Positions 1 through 9,848 are shown, counted from the first letter of the stretch. The stretch is 64,000 nt of DNA from a virus (IMGVR_UViG_3300021256_000084:22162-86161), one strand, 5' to 3'. Program-made: numbers and translations. Notes: generated by a model from the sequence alone, not told the origin.

Positions 1-114
1 GTTGAAAGTGAAATAAGCGGTTTTAAGAGCGTTTTGCAGCTTCGCCCGATACGTTGCAAGCAAACAGCGCAAAAGGGCAGCACAGCAAGCGCAAAGGAGC
101 AAAACGAGCAATAA

Positions 115-615
115 ATGGCAACAAGGTTTGACAAGATGTTAGAAAAGGAGCGTGCAGCGGCAAAGCAGTACGACTATGCGATAGGAATAGACACGGGCGT
201 AAACACAGCGATTGCCGTCTGGGATATTAGGCGCAAGCTGTTCATCCACGTTGAAACGACGATGATCCACCGTGCGCTGCTGTACATTTGGCAGTTCATG
301 CAGAAGTGTGAGCAGCAAAACGCATCGTTTTACGTGCGCGTCGAGGACGCACGGCAGCGCAACTGGTTTGGGCCGCGCTCGCAATACAAGCTGCAAGGTG
401 CTGGAAGCGTCAAGCGCGACAGTAAGATTTGGGAAGATTTCTTGCGCGACTACCACATCAGCTTTGAAATGGTAGCGCCACAGCGGCAGCAGGGCTTAAC
501 GAAAATGTCAGCAGCAGCGTTTAAGCAGCTCACACACTACACGGGCAGGACAACGGAGCACTCACGCGACGCTGCAATGCTCGTATTTGGAAGTAACAGA
601 ACAATACCATTTTGA
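115..615 (+). CDS. RuvC-like Holliday junction resolvase
   Basis: N-terminal AIGIDTG strand, central E and C-terminal RDAA acidic residues match the RuvC-type D-E-D triad; size 166 aa. Confidence 0.6.
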   Translation: MATRFDKMLEKERAAAKQYDYAIGIDTGVNTAIAVWDIRRKLFIHVETTMIHRALLYIWQFMQKCEQQNASFYVRVEDARQRNWFGPRSQYKLQGAGSVKRDSKIWEDFLRDYHISFEMVAPQRQQGLTKMSAAAFKQLTHYTGRTTEHSRDAAMLVFGSNRTIPF

Positions 616-1082
616 CTATGATTAGAGAAGTAAGAAGTAAAACAAACAAGCATTTGCACTTTCCGCAAGGCAAAGTGTTCAAGGCATGGCGACCCAACAT
701 CAACAACGTGCTTGTCTTTGACGGGAAGCATGCGCTGCTGCTGGGCATCTGCCGCTTCTATATGGACTTTGAAGTAGTGCTGCACAAGGAGCTGGCGCTT
801 GACATAGACGGAAGCGGGCAGGCTTGCAAGCAGGTCGTTATTGAAAACCAAAAGCAGCTGCTTGAAGCTATTGCATTGTACAAGAAGCTATATCCGCAGT
901 CATACACACGCTTTGACGAACTTTACTGCTGGCTGCGCGACGATGCGGACAGGAACAGCGGCGGAGGACTGTTTGGGCATAGCGTCGCAGGCGAGCTGGA
1001 TGACGATTGCTACGGGTTTGAATGCCGCTATAACGACGAGCAGGCAGTAGTGTACGAGTACGTGGGTATTTGCAAGTGCTAA
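612..1082 (+). CDS. hypothetical phage protein
   Basis: 156-aa ORF overlapping the upstream stop by 4 nt. Confidence 0.6.
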   Translation: MTMIREVRSKTNKHLHFPQGKVFKAWRPNINNVLVFDGKHALLLGICRFYMDFEVVLHKELALDIDGSGQACKQVVIENQKQLLEAIALYKKLYPQSYTRFDELYCWLRDDADRNSGGGLFGHSVAGELDDDCYGFECRYNDEQAVVYEYVGICKC

Positions 1083-1133
1083 CGGTTAAGCAACGGTTAA
1101 TTCCCAGGCACAAGGGTTAAGTATGGGTAAAAA

Positions 1134-1189
1134 TGCTTAGTTTTGCTTAGTTTTATTAGGTTTTTACAAACAAAGTCCGTAACTTTGCC
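1134..1189 (+). promoter_or_regulatory. Bacteroidetes-type promoter (class shared with 6876, 25751, 36511)
   Basis: TAACTTTGCC at 1180; TTAGG 24 nt upstream; tandem GCTTA at 1135 and 1145. Confidence 0.75.
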
Positions 1190-1233
1190 CTACGACAAAC
1201 GACATTAAGTTTAACTTTTTAATAGATACGACA

Positions 1234-1968
1234 ATGACACAGAAAGAAAAATTGTACTTCGAGTACTTGACAATCAAAAACAGCATTTACGCTGTAAAGG
1301 GTGAAACGGACAAGCAGATTAACTTGGACGAGTTTTGCAAAACAGGACGCTTTTGGAAGGAAGCAAAGGACAGCACAGTAGCAGACTTGCAACAGGACAT
1401 TGAAAACGCAAAGCGTTCGCTGGAGCAGCACAAGCGCGACAAGAAGCGAGACGAGTGGTTTGCAACGCCCGAAGGCGCACAGTGGAAGCAGGACAAGGAA
1501 GCACAGATGCAGTCTATCCGGGAGCAGGAAATGGAGCTGCTGGAACGCGCACGTCAATACGCCAGCGTTACAGTGCAGCAGGTAATCGGCGCACACTTCG
1601 ACGTTACGAGCTTTGGCGAGCGTTGCATGACTATAGGGCTTGTCAAGGAGTACAAGGAAGGAAAGCCTGTAGCTCTTTTCGGACACACCTTTGACGTGTA
1701 CTATGAGCTCGACTATTTCAACGGAAACAAAGCCCGCTGGGAGCTCAACTACGGCACGCTGGGCGCGTTTGACTTGGACGAGGACAACAATACACGCACA
1801 CAGTACCTTGTAGGGCTTGCAAAGTTCGCAGCCAACAAGACGCTTGTGCCGTCGCTGCGTGACTTCCTGCACGGCTTTGGTAAGTCTATGAGCACACTGT
1901 TTCACGCCTACTGCGACGCAGAGCGCGAGCTTAAGAATCCATCAGTACTTGCAGACAATAACGAGTAA
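1234..1968 (+). CDS. hypothetical protein
   Basis: 244-aa ORF after a promoter; ATG within ACGACAATG. Confidence 0.75.
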   Translation: MTQKEKLYFEYLTIKNSIYAVKGETDKQINLDEFCKTGRFWKEAKDSTVADLQQDIENAKRSLEQHKRDKKRDEWFATPEGAQWKQDKEAQMQSIREQEMELLERARQYASVTVQQVIGAHFDVTSFGERCMTIGLVKEYKEGKPVALFGHTFDVYYELDYFNGNKARWELNYGTLGAFDLDEDNNTRTQYLVGLAKFAANKTLVPSLRDFLHGFGKSMSTLFHAYCDAERELKNPSVLADNNE

Positions 1969-1973
1969 GGACT

Positions 1974-2321
1974 ATGAAAAGGTACTATGAAGTAGCCTTG
2001 ATGCAGCACGTAGCAGGCAGCGTTGAGGACGATTACGAGACAGTGACATTCGAGTGCGAGGGTGGTTACGGCTACTACGAGTGCAAGCGTAAGGCAAAGG
2101 AGTTTTCCATGCACATTGGCAAGGTAAACGTACCGGGCTGTGGCTACACTTTCAACGGAAGGACACACAATAGCGACTTCCCGCAACAGCGCCTTGACGC
2201 TGGGCTTGCTGCTGTCAAAATAGTGTGTTACACGGAAACGGAAGAAACGTCCTACGAGCCGTTGTATTACGAGTATTACAAGGACGGCAAAGTTGACTAC
2301 AAGATTGATTTTACTAAATAG
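1974..2321 (+). CDS. hypothetical protein
   Basis: 115-aa ORF tightly packed in the operon. Confidence 0.65.
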   Translation: MKRYYEVALMQHVAGSVEDDYETVTFECEGGYGYYECKRKAKEFSMHIGKVNVPGCGYTFNGRTHNSDFPQQRLDAGLAAVKIVCYTETEETSYEPLYYEYYKDGKVDYKIDFTK

Positions 2322-2363
2322 CACAGCTATAGCAAGAACGATAACGAATAACAGCAAGCAACT

Positions 2364-2735
2364 ATGACAGAGCAAGAATTGAAAAAGTACAAGCAGGAAG
2401 TACCAAAGGACTTCCTGCTTAAGGTGCGTGACATACGCATGGTTGACAAGTACGGCGTGTACGAGACAGGGCTGTACAAGTACAAGGGCATGGATATTCT
2501 GATAACGGTTGACGCGAAGAAGTGGCACTTGTCCGTCAGCGCGAAGTTCCCGCTGGGCTACCAGCAGCTGAAGGACGTGCGCTACAAGTTCATGCCCAAC
2601 GATATGAGCGTTGCCCAGATATTCCCACGGCGTGAGGAATTTGTCAACGTACATACGTGCTGCTGGCATCTGTGGGAGATAGACGAGGACGAGGAAGAAT
2701 TGAACAAGTACAGCGTCGACAGCGAACATGAGTAA
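2364..2735 (+). CDS. conserved phage protein of unknown function
   Basis: WHLSVS...YKFMP...FP...FVNVH..CWHLWE pattern recurrent in phages. Confidence 0.65.
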   Translation: MTEQELKKYKQEVPKDFLLKVRDIRMVDKYGVYETGLYKYKGMDILITVDAKKWHLSVSAKFPLGYQQLKDVRYKFMPNDMSVAQIFPRREEFVNVHTCCWHLWEIDEDEEELNKYSVDSEHE

Positions 2736-3060
2736 CAAGATACTGCACTTTGCCCTTTGGCTGCTGTTTGTCTGCTGCCTTGCAGCGTGCATTTACTTCG
2801 CGCTGCACGCGCAATACATGGAAGCTGGCATGTTTGTACTGAGCACAGGGCAAAGTGCGTGTAATCTCATTTTATTTAAGGAAACAGAGCTATGATAGTA
2901 AACATCACTTTTATTGCAGAACAAGGAAAGCTTAAGCTGGAAGAGTGCAGCAAATCCCCATTGGTTGAAGCGGTAGAGGAATCGTTAAAGGACTTTGACG
3001 ACCTTTGCGTTGGCAAGCCCAAGAAAATAGTTATTGACATCATAAAACAGTAGTACGACT

Positions 3061-3573
3061 ATGGCACAGCAGAAGATGATTGGCTCGGAAGCGTTTGTGG
3101 AGCGCATACAAGCGTTTTTGGACGAGCAGGCTGCAACGGACGAAGCGTTTGCAGCAAAGCTTAAGAAAGACAAGCGCACGGTGCAGGACTGCGCAAACTG
3201 GATGATTGAAAAGCTTGCACAGGACTTCCGCGACACGGGCAAAATGGGCTACGACGACAGCGAGATTTACGGGCTCGCCCTGCATTTCTTTGACGAGCCG
3301 GAACTGAAAGCAAAGGGCAACCTTAACTTTCAAGGGCTGATAATGAGCAACCGCCCTCGCACGCAGGAGTACAAGCCGCGTGAGCTGACGGACGAGGAAA
3401 AAGCAGGCTTGGATGCAGCAGCACGCGAGCAGTACAAGCAGGAACAAGTGCGCAAGCTGCGCGAAGCGGAGCAGAAAGCACAGGAAGCAGAGCAAAGACG
3501 CTTGGAGCGCATCAAGGAGAAGCGACAGAAGCAGGCAGAACAGTATGCACAACCCTCATTATTCGACATGTAG
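3061..3573 (+). CDS. PcfK-like protein (family that includes AcrIIA9)
   Basis: K.KRTVQDC...GYDDSEIYGLALHFFDE pattern, C-terminal SLFD tail, upstream of a PcfJ-like gene. Confidence 0.65.
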   Translation: MAQQKMIGSEAFVERIQAFLDEQAATDEAFAAKLKKDKRTVQDCANWMIEKLAQDFRDTGKMGYDDSEIYGLALHFFDEPELKAKGNLNFQGLIMSNRPRTQEYKPRELTDEEKAGLDAAAREQYKQEQVRKLREAEQKAQEAEQRRLERIKEKRQKQAEQYAQPSLFDM

Positions 3574-3575
3574 CT

Positions 3576-4103
3576 ATGACACAGATACAAGTTTACCAAG
3601 AAATGTATGTTGACGCATTAAAGCGTCGCATCAGCGCATCAGTGGACGAAGAGAATGCGCTGAAAAACATCTTTGGCTTAAAGATTGATTATGTTGGAAA
3701 GCAAGTTGCTGATAAGGTTTACAATCTTGACGGCTGCTTGTACAAAGTAGTGTGCATGAAATACTGTGACTGCTGGAGCTACGATAACGGTGTCAAATTT
3801 GAGTTGAACTTCGCCATTGTACCACAAAGCGTGCGTGAAGCTTTCACCTTGACAAAAACGGAGCGCAAGCTGCTTGACGCTTACGAGCGTGACGTTTTTG
3901 AGAAATTCACGAAAAAGCCTTCAAAAGAAAACAGTGTGCTTTTGGATAAATTGCACCGGGATTTCTACTGGCCTTTGTACAACTGCAAGAACTGTATAAC
4001 GCCTGTTAAAGACTTCGCATGGATGTACAAACTTGAAGAAATTACATGCAGCACGTTTGCAACGAACGGAATGATTTACGAGAACGGAAAAACTCTTTGG
4101 TAA
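3576..4103 (+). CDS. hypothetical protein
   Basis: 175-aa ORF between the PcfK-like and PcfJ-like genes. Confidence 0.65.
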   Translation: MTQIQVYQEMYVDALKRRISASVDEENALKNIFGLKIDYVGKQVADKVYNLDGCLYKVVCMKYCDCWSYDNGVKFELNFAIVPQSVREAFTLTKTERKLLDAYERDVFEKFTKKPSKENSVLLDKLHRDFYWPLYNCKNCITPVKDFAWMYKLEEITCSTFATNGMIYENGKTLW

Positions 4104-4109
4104 GCAGCT

Positions 4110-5420
4110 ATGAAGCCACATACAAAAGCACATAACGAGGTGATGCAGCTGCGCGAACAGCTGCGCCCTCTTACAGCAAAGGAAAGATGCTGGGCGTTGA
4201 AGCACGTGCCGTACTTCACGGGTCATGCAAGCTACGGCAAGGTGACGTGCCAGCACTGCGGACATGTCTTTGAGCACAACGGCAAGGACGAGCAGCGTTG
4301 CCCACACTGCAAACGGACACTGCACATCACGCAGACGAAGAAGGAAAGTGCGGACGATATAGAGTGCTTTGTGCTGATGGACGCAGTGGAGCAGTGGCAG
4401 GTAATGCGCTACTTCCACGTCATTACGCAAAGCAGGAAGCGTGGCACGAAAACATCGACGCGTATTTCGGAAATCATGCAGCGTTGGATCGGCGCGGAAG
4501 GCAAGTACGTCATCGTTGCCAAGCAGCGCAACATCTGCTTCTACAACATACGCTGGGTGTATGACAGCGAAATGCAGATACACGGCATACCTGACGAGCA
4601 CTACATCAACCGCATAGACAACGAGGGCTTTTGCACGTACACCGTGCGCAAGTGGCACGCTGCACTGCAACACGTGCAGTACGACTTCGACAAGCTGCAA
4701 ATGCCGCTGTTCAACTTTGTGCGTGCTTTCATGTCAAGCTCCTACGCGGAAACGCTGTTCAAGCAAGGACGCTTGCAGCTGTTCAAGTACTGTGCGGAAA
4801 ACAACTTATTTGGCAGCAAGGAGTTCGTTGCAGCCATGCGTATTGCGCTGCGTCACAAGTACGACATTGAAAAGGACGTTACGCTTTGGTGTGACTACGT
4901 GCAAACGCTGCTGAAGCTCAAAAAGGACGTGCATAATGCTGTGTACGTCTGCCCGAAGGACTTGCACGCTGCGCATGACTTGTACTTGCAGCGTTGGCGC
5001 AAGATTGAAGCGGAGAAGCAGCGCAAGCTTGACGAAAAGCGCAAGCTTGAAAAGGTGCTGCGTGCAAAGATGGATAACGAAGCGTACATCAAGCGCATGC
5101 AGCCGTTCCTTGGGCTGCTGTTTACGGACGGCAAGGGCATTTCGCTTCATGTCCTGCGCGACGTTTCGGAGTTCGCAGAAGAAGCCGCCGTTATGCAGCA
5201 CTGCGTTTTTGATAACGCGTATTACAAAAAGCCGCAGTCGCTTATTATGAGTGCGCAAGTCAACGGAGAACGCACGGAAACGGTGGAAGTGTCGCTGGCT
5301 GATTTTACTATACAGCAGTCACGCGGGCACAGGAACTACCCGAGCAAGTACCACAAGCGCATTGTACAGCTTGTAAGGAACAGCTTGCCGATGATTAAGC
5401 AGGCAGCGTGTGCAGGATAA
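4110..5420 (+). CDS. PcfJ-like domain protein
   Basis: N-terminal CxxC..CxxC zinc ribbon; C-terminal EAAVMQHCVF..YYKK..SLIMSA...ETVEV PcfJ motif. Confidence 0.75.
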   Translation: MKPHTKAHNEVMQLREQLRPLTAKERCWALKHVPYFTGHASYGKVTCQHCGHVFEHNGKDEQRCPHCKRTLHITQTKKESADDIECFVLMDAVEQWQVMRYFHVITQSRKRGTKTSTRISEIMQRWIGAEGKYVIVAKQRNICFYNIRWVYDSEMQIHGIPDEHYINRIDNEGFCTYTVRKWHAALQHVQYDFDKLQMPLFNFVRAFMSSSYAETLFKQGRLQLFKYCAENNLFGSKEFVAAMRIALRHKYDIEKDVTLWCDYVQTLLKLKKDVHNAVYVCPKDLHAAHDLYLQRWRKIEAEKQRKLDEKRKLEKVLRAKMDNEAYIKRMQPFLGLLFTDGKGISLHVLRDVSEFAEEAAVMQHCVFDNAYYKKPQSLIMSAQVNGERTETVEVSLADFTIQQSRGHRNYPSKYHKRIVQLVRNSLPMIKQAACAG

Positions 5421-5906
5421 CTACTGCACACGTTTGTTTTTTGGCAAGTTACGCTGTATCATTTCTTCCGTAGCGGCAGGGAGCTCTCCGTACACTTCAC
5501 CGCAACGACGCATTATACGAGCCATATTATCGTAGTCCTTACGCTTTTTGTAAAGTATGCGCAGACGCTCGTAACAATGGCTTGCACGATAACCTAGTGT
5601 TGCACATTGTTCATAAACAGCTATTGCTTCATCAATCTTTCCCTCTTTCTCCAGTGCTATTCCTTTGCTGTTTAGATTTGAAGTTTCAGCCAACAGTTGT
5701 TCTTCTTTAATATTCGCTTCATAATACGATTTCGCAGCTTTGTAATCTGCATCTTCTGTGTCAAACTCTACATAGTCGGGGCGCACACCATTTATATACT
5801 CACGCTTGACAATACACCGCAATATACGCCTGCTCAACTCGTAATCGTTAAATGTACAAGCTGCGCTCATCTTTATTGCGTCGTCAACAGTCATTCTTTG
5901 TTTCAT
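5421..5906 (-). CDS. TPR-repeat protein
   Basis: GIALEKEGKIDEAIAVYEQC...CYERLRILYKK helical repeat pattern. Confidence 0.65.
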   Translation of the reverse strand: MKQRMTVDDAIKMSAACTFNDYELSRRILRCIVKREYINGVRPDYVEFDTEDADYKAAKSYYEANIKEEQLLAETSNLNSKGIALEKEGKIDEAIAVYEQCATLGYRASHCYERLRILYKKRKDYDNMARIMRRCGEVYGELPAATEEMIQRNLPKNKRVQ

Positions 5907-5909
5907 ACG

Positions 5910-6341
5910 TCACATATCTATGCCGTTAAGCATACCCACAAACTCCTTGCCGTCTATCTGCAAGTATTTCAGCCCTTGCCCGTCTGCTTTGTTGAGCTGG
6001 TACACGACAAGCGTTTTGAACTTGTCCGTTTCAAACGTTACTTCCACGTGTGGCGCATTGACAACATACGTAAACGATTCCGCTGCAAGCCTGCTGTCCT
6101 GCTTGTACGTGCCAGTCAGCTTGTCGCCTATCCGCTGGAAGCTGTAACGCTCGCAGTCCGCAAGGGCTTTTTCTGTTAGCAGTCCATCTTCTGGGATTGA
6201 GTACCAAAACATAACAGACGTAAGGTACTGCACTGTAACGGGCGACGTAGTAGCTGCTGCTGTTTCCTCTTCATTATCACTGCTGCAAGACACAAAGGCA
6301 AACGGCACTGCCAGCAGCAGCGCAAATATCCATTTTTTCAT
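5910..6341 (-). CDS. lipoprotein, probably surface-exposed
   Basis: Signal peptide MKKWIFALLLAVPFAFVS-C followed by acidic SSDNEEE. Confidence 0.75.
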   Translation of the reverse strand: MKKWIFALLLAVPFAFVSCSSDNEEETAAATTSPVTVQYLTSVMFWYSIPEDGLLTEKALADCERYSFQRIGDKLTGTYKQDSRLAAESFTYVVNAPHVEVTFETDKFKTLVVYQLNKADGQGLKYLQIDGKEFVGMLNGIDM

Positions 6342-6682
6342 ATTGCTTTTTCGTATTTAGGGTTAAGTGATGAAAGCATTTCGGACAGCTGTGCTTGACA
6401 AGGCACGCAGTCCTCACTTGTGATGTCATACGCTGCTGCAAAAGCTTCATCAGCAGCAAGCAGTGCTGCAACGTTGCTGCGAATGGAAGCAAGCAGACGC
6501 AGTGTTTGGTAGCTGTGACACACGCGCACAGCGTCAGGGAACGCGCTGCTGTCAGTACATACTTGGGGCTGTGACATACGCAGTACGTGTGCTGCTGCCT
6601 GGCAATAGTCCGCGAGCTGCCTGCTGACTTCTTTGTGCAACAGCATAGCTTCGCGCAAGTTTTGTTGTTCGTATTTGTGCAT
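6338..6682 (-). CDS. hypothetical protein
   Basis: ATG at 6682 lies downstream of the promoter at 6707-6714; overlaps the next gene by 4 nt. Confidence 0.55.
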   Translation of the reverse strand: MHKYEQQNLREAMLLHKEVSRQLADYCQAAAHVLRMSQPQVCTDSSAFPDAVRVCHSYQTLRLLASIRSNVAALLAADEAFAAAYDITSEDCVPCQAQLSEMLSSLNPKYEKAI

Positions 6683-6706
6683 ATCCAAAAGCTTAAAATC
6701 CGCTTG

Positions 6707-6714
6707 CAAAGATA
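6707..6714 (-). promoter_or_regulatory. -7 promoter element for the minus-strand cassette
   Basis: TATCTTTG on the - strand matches TAnnTTTG. Confidence 0.65.
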
Positions 6715-6837
6715 GTAAAAACCTGCCAAAATCGGTAGGTTTTACGCATTGTTTAACAAATAAAAACACGCTATATATTGCAGCTTTGCAGGTTCATGTT
6801 GGTTAATACTAAGCGTTTTGGGTTAATCATTCATAAA

Positions 6838-6885
6838 TTGTATAGTAATTGTTAGGTTTGTATAGTTTTTCTTAATAACTTTGCC
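6838..6885 (+). promoter_or_regulatory. promoter homologous to the cro promoter
   Basis: TTGTATAGTAATT-N12-TAGTTTTT-N5-TAACTTTGCC, same layout as 25713-25760. Confidence 0.75.
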
Positions 6886-6913
6886 GTACAGTTTAACAAA
6901 AAGCGATACGACA

Positions 6914-7270
6914 ATGAAACAAGTATTTAAGAACATCGACGAAGAATTGGACGCCTACAGCGCATTTCTTGACAGCAGCGAGTATGGAAAAACAGTGAAA
7001 CAGATACGTGAAGCCTGCAAGGATATGTTTTACACGTACAAAGGCGAGTTTGGGCTGGAGAGCAGCGAGCTTACTGACTACGGCACGATGTACAGCTGGG
7101 GCTTTAACGGCAATGAAAAGTGCTTTGCAGAAAACTTAACGGGCTTCCTTGCAGAGTATGACATTGTACTGCGCAAGAAGGACGGCACGGCTGACGAGCG
7201 CAACAGCAACCACAACGATGTAGCAAAGCTGCTTAACAAGCTGTACCAGCTGGCAGAACAGACAAAGTAA
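6914..7270 (+). CDS. hypothetical protein
   Basis: ATG in ACGACAATG context downstream of the promoter. Confidence 0.7.
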   Translation: MKQVFKNIDEELDAYSAFLDSSEYGKTVKQIREACKDMFYTYKGEFGLESSELTDYGTMYSWGFNGNEKCFAENLTGFLAEYDIVLRKKDGTADERNSNHNDVAKLLNKLYQLAEQTK

Positions 7271-7292
7271 CAAACCATAAATAGACACGACA

Positions 7293-7670
7293 ATGAAGTA
7301 CGACATGGAAGTTTGGCAGCAAGCCGTAACACAGATGCAGGACGCAAACAAGGTAATGCGCGAGCGCATCAACAGCAAGCCCAAGGGCTACGTAATCGTA
7401 AGCAACACGTTTGACCACTGCGTAGGCTGCGACGATAAAAGGTACGCAACAGCGGAAGTAATCGCTTTCAGCACACAGCCAGTAGTGTTGCAGCGTAACA
7501 ACGCAGAACGTCTTGCACGCACATTCAAAGCATACTGCGGACGCGACGAGCAGCGCATCTATTGGCAGGTGATGAACGTGCTGGAGTATTACAAGCGGCT
7601 TATCAACCGCAACGAGCAGACGATCCAGCTGATGCAGGACGTGCTGGCAGGAAAGGGAATAGGACAATAA
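7293..7670 (+). CDS. hypothetical protein
   Basis: 125-aa ORF with ACGACAATG start. Confidence 0.7.
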   Translation: MKYDMEVWQQAVTQMQDANKVMRERINSKPKGYVIVSNTFDHCVGCDDKRYATAEVIAFSTQPVVLQRNNAERLARTFKAYCGRDEQRIYWQVMNVLEYYKRLINRNEQTIQLMQDVLAGKGIGQ

Positions 7671-7724
7671 TAGTTTAACACGGGCAGCGTACACGCTGCG
7701 CTGCCCACAATAGAAGCAACGACA

Positions 7725-8108
7725 ATGAAACAAACACTTTGGGTAGAGTTTAAGTCACAGCGCAAGCGTGCTGCTGACTGCACAGTAAGGGCGCTCATGA
7801 AGCTGCTGGGCGTTACCTGGGAAGAAGCTTACGACGAGCTTTGCAAGCAAGGGCGCAGGCTTAAGCGAATGACAAACGAAACGGAATGCGTGTATGCAGC
7901 ACTTGCAGGCTACGGCTACGTCAAGCGTTCAATCAGCGTAGAAAAGGGCAGCAAGCGCCCGACGGTACAGAGCTTTGCAGCAGCACACCCGAAAGGGCAC
8001 TACTTGCTGAAAGTTGCCAACCATGTTGTAGCTGTAGTGGACGGACACTATTACGACAGCTGGGATTGCGGCGACAAGTGCTTGTACGGATATATGGAGC
8101 TGCCATAA
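7725..8108 (+). CDS. papain/C39-like fold phage protein
   Basis: DCTVRA...HVVAVVDG.YYDSWD Cys-His-Asp pattern; ACGACAATG start. Confidence 0.55.
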   Translation: MKQTLWVEFKSQRKRAADCTVRALMKLLGVTWEEAYDELCKQGRRLKRMTNETECVYAALAGYGYVKRSISVEKGSKRPTVQSFAAAHPKGHYLLKVANHVVAVVDGHYYDSWDCGDKCLYGYMELP

Positions 8109-8171
8109 TTTTATATATAAGTTTGACGCAGGGAGCAGCAACACGGCTGCTCCCACAAAAAGAGAAGCAGA

Positions 8172-8345
8172 ATGGCAAGACTAAAGTACGTTCCAGTAGC
8201 ACAGCGCGACGCATACTTGCAGGGCAAGCAGTACGCAAGCATCAGCTGTACGGGCAGCTTGCACGGCATGAAAAAGCGTTACGGCTGGGACAAGGCAAAG
8301 GAGATTTTCAAAAGTGGTAACTATTACTACGCAGTATGGAACTAA
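8172..8345 (+). CDS. small hypothetical protein (57 aa, not in the ORF track)
   Basis: MARLKYVP...YYAVWN read by hand; follows a hairpin leader. Confidence 0.5.
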   Translation: MARLKYVPVAQRDAYLQGKQYASISCTGSLHGMKKRYGWDKAKEIFKSGNYYYAVWN

Positions 8346-8361
8346 CAAAAACAGTACGACG

Positions 8362-8718
8362 ATGAAAAGAATAGACGAGTTAAAGAAAGGCGACGTTGTT
8401 AGCTGCATCAGCAGAGACTCAAGGAGCGGCAACGTTGAAGCAACGGTAAAGAGCATTGGACGCAAGTACATTACTGTGGATGGTGTGAATAAGTCTTACT
8501 CCAAGTACGAGCGCGAAACGCTGGTGTGCGCTGATTGGTCAAGCTGGGAACTGTTTCCCGGTACGCTGGACGAATATGCACAGCACCTTAAAGACGAGCA
8601 TGAGCGCGAAGAAACTATCAGGCGCATAAACCGACAGCTGCAAAAGCTGGAATTGAGCCAGCTGAAAAGCTTGACAGAAGCATTACAGAACATCTTAACA
8701 CCACAAAGCAAAGGATGA
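8362..8718 (+). CDS. hypothetical protein
   Basis: ATG in AGTACGACGATG context. Confidence 0.65.
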   Translation: MKRIDELKKGDVVSCISRDSRSGNVEATVKSIGRKYITVDGVNKSYSKYERETLVCADWSSWELFPGTLDEYAQHLKDEHEREETIRRINRQLQKLELSQLKSLTEALQNILTPQSKG

Positions 8719-8936
8719 TGAAACAGAGCAGCACAACGTACCCTGCACGCATAGCAGCTATGGTGCAGCAGTTTGAGACAATCGAAACACAACCCGCAAT
8801 CAGCACACAGCAGATGTCTATACGCATGGAGCAGCCCTGCGGCTGTAACCTTACGGAACACTTCAACTGCCACAAGGAGGACTTGCAGCAGCGTTACTAC
8901 GTAGAACTTTGCGACGAACACAAATTAAATCTATAA
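8715..8936 (+). CDS. hypothetical protein
   Basis: 73-aa ORF with an overlapping start. Confidence 0.5.
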   Translation: MMKQSSTTYPARIAAMVQQFETIETQPAISTQQMSIRMEQPCGCNLTEHFNCHKEDLQQRYYVELCDEHKLNL

Positions 8937-8940
8937 GATT

Positions 8941-9279
8941 ATGCAAGCAGTATCAAACATCAAGCAGTCACAACGCCTGCTGAAGCTTTTAGGCAACGAC
9001 AGCACAGCGGACTTTTGGCGCACGCCCAAGGTTGGCGGGTACACAGTAAGCACGGAGAAAGCTGCAAACAGCATGCCGTGCTGGAGCGTGCAGGCTCTTA
9101 TGGATATGCTGGACGAGTATTGGGACGATGAAAACGGAACTGCACTTCCGTTTATCAACTGCGAGGAAAACAGCGTGTACTTTGAAGCAAACGGCTTTCT
9201 TGTCGAGGACTTTTCACAAAGCACGCTGCTGATAGACAATATCATCGACGCGCTGGAATGGCAGTCTAAACAAGAATAA
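8941..9279 (+). CDS. hypothetical protein
   Basis: 112-aa ORF in a packed operon. Confidence 0.6.
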   Translation: MQAVSNIKQSQRLLKLLGNDSTADFWRTPKVGGYTVSTEKAANSMPCWSVQALMDMLDEYWDDENGTALPFINCEENSVYFEANGFLVEDFSQSTLLIDNIIDALEWQSKQE

Positions 9280-9286
9280 AAGCATT

Positions 9287-9544
9287 ATGGTAAAAACCAA
9301 ACTAAACATTGAGCTTGCAGATAACGGTGTTATCCTGCGAGACCCCGAAAACAGCGACATAGTAACTGTTGCTAAAGTAGATGACTACGGGCACAGCAAG
9401 GACAAAAACGATGTGTACAATGCTGTAGGCAAACAACTCATGCTTGCGCTTGAAGCAATCGTTCCGCCACAGGGAATGAAGCTGTACGGCTATAAGCTCG
9501 ACATCAGCGTGCAGCTTGTAACAAAACCATTGGGCGAGTTTTAG
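9287..9544 (+). CDS. hypothetical protein
   Basis: 85-aa ORF in a packed operon. Confidence 0.6.
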   Translation: MVKTKLNIELADNGVILRDPENSDIVTVAKVDDYGHSKDKNDVYNAVGKQLMLALEAIVPPQGMKLYGYKLDISVQLVTKPLGEF

Positions 9545-9569
9545 CGGAAATACAAAACATTTTAGGACA

Positions 9570-9764
9570 ATGAAAGAATACGAAATTGAAGTAAAGCTGT
9601 CATTCACGGGCTGTGTAACGGTGAACGCTGACAGCAAGATTGAAGCCCTGCAAATCGTGCGAGACAACTTCCGCGCTATGCTTGGGCAGTGCGAGGACAA
9701 TGGGTGTGACGCGATTGTTGATTGGGATATAGACCCGCACAACAGCGCGATAGTTGCGAAATAA
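9570..9764 (+). CDS. hypothetical protein
   Basis: 64-aa ORF, last in the block. Confidence 0.6.
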   Translation: MKEYEIEVKLSFTGCVTVNADSKIEALQIVRDNFRAMLGQCEDNGCDAIVDWDIDPHNSAIVAK

Positions 9765-9848
9765 CGTGGTTTGCCGCGCTGCTGCTCGCTTTTAATTCCG
9801 TTTCCGCGTAGTTATTCGGGCAGCAGCGTGTGCGTGCCTTACAGCGAC

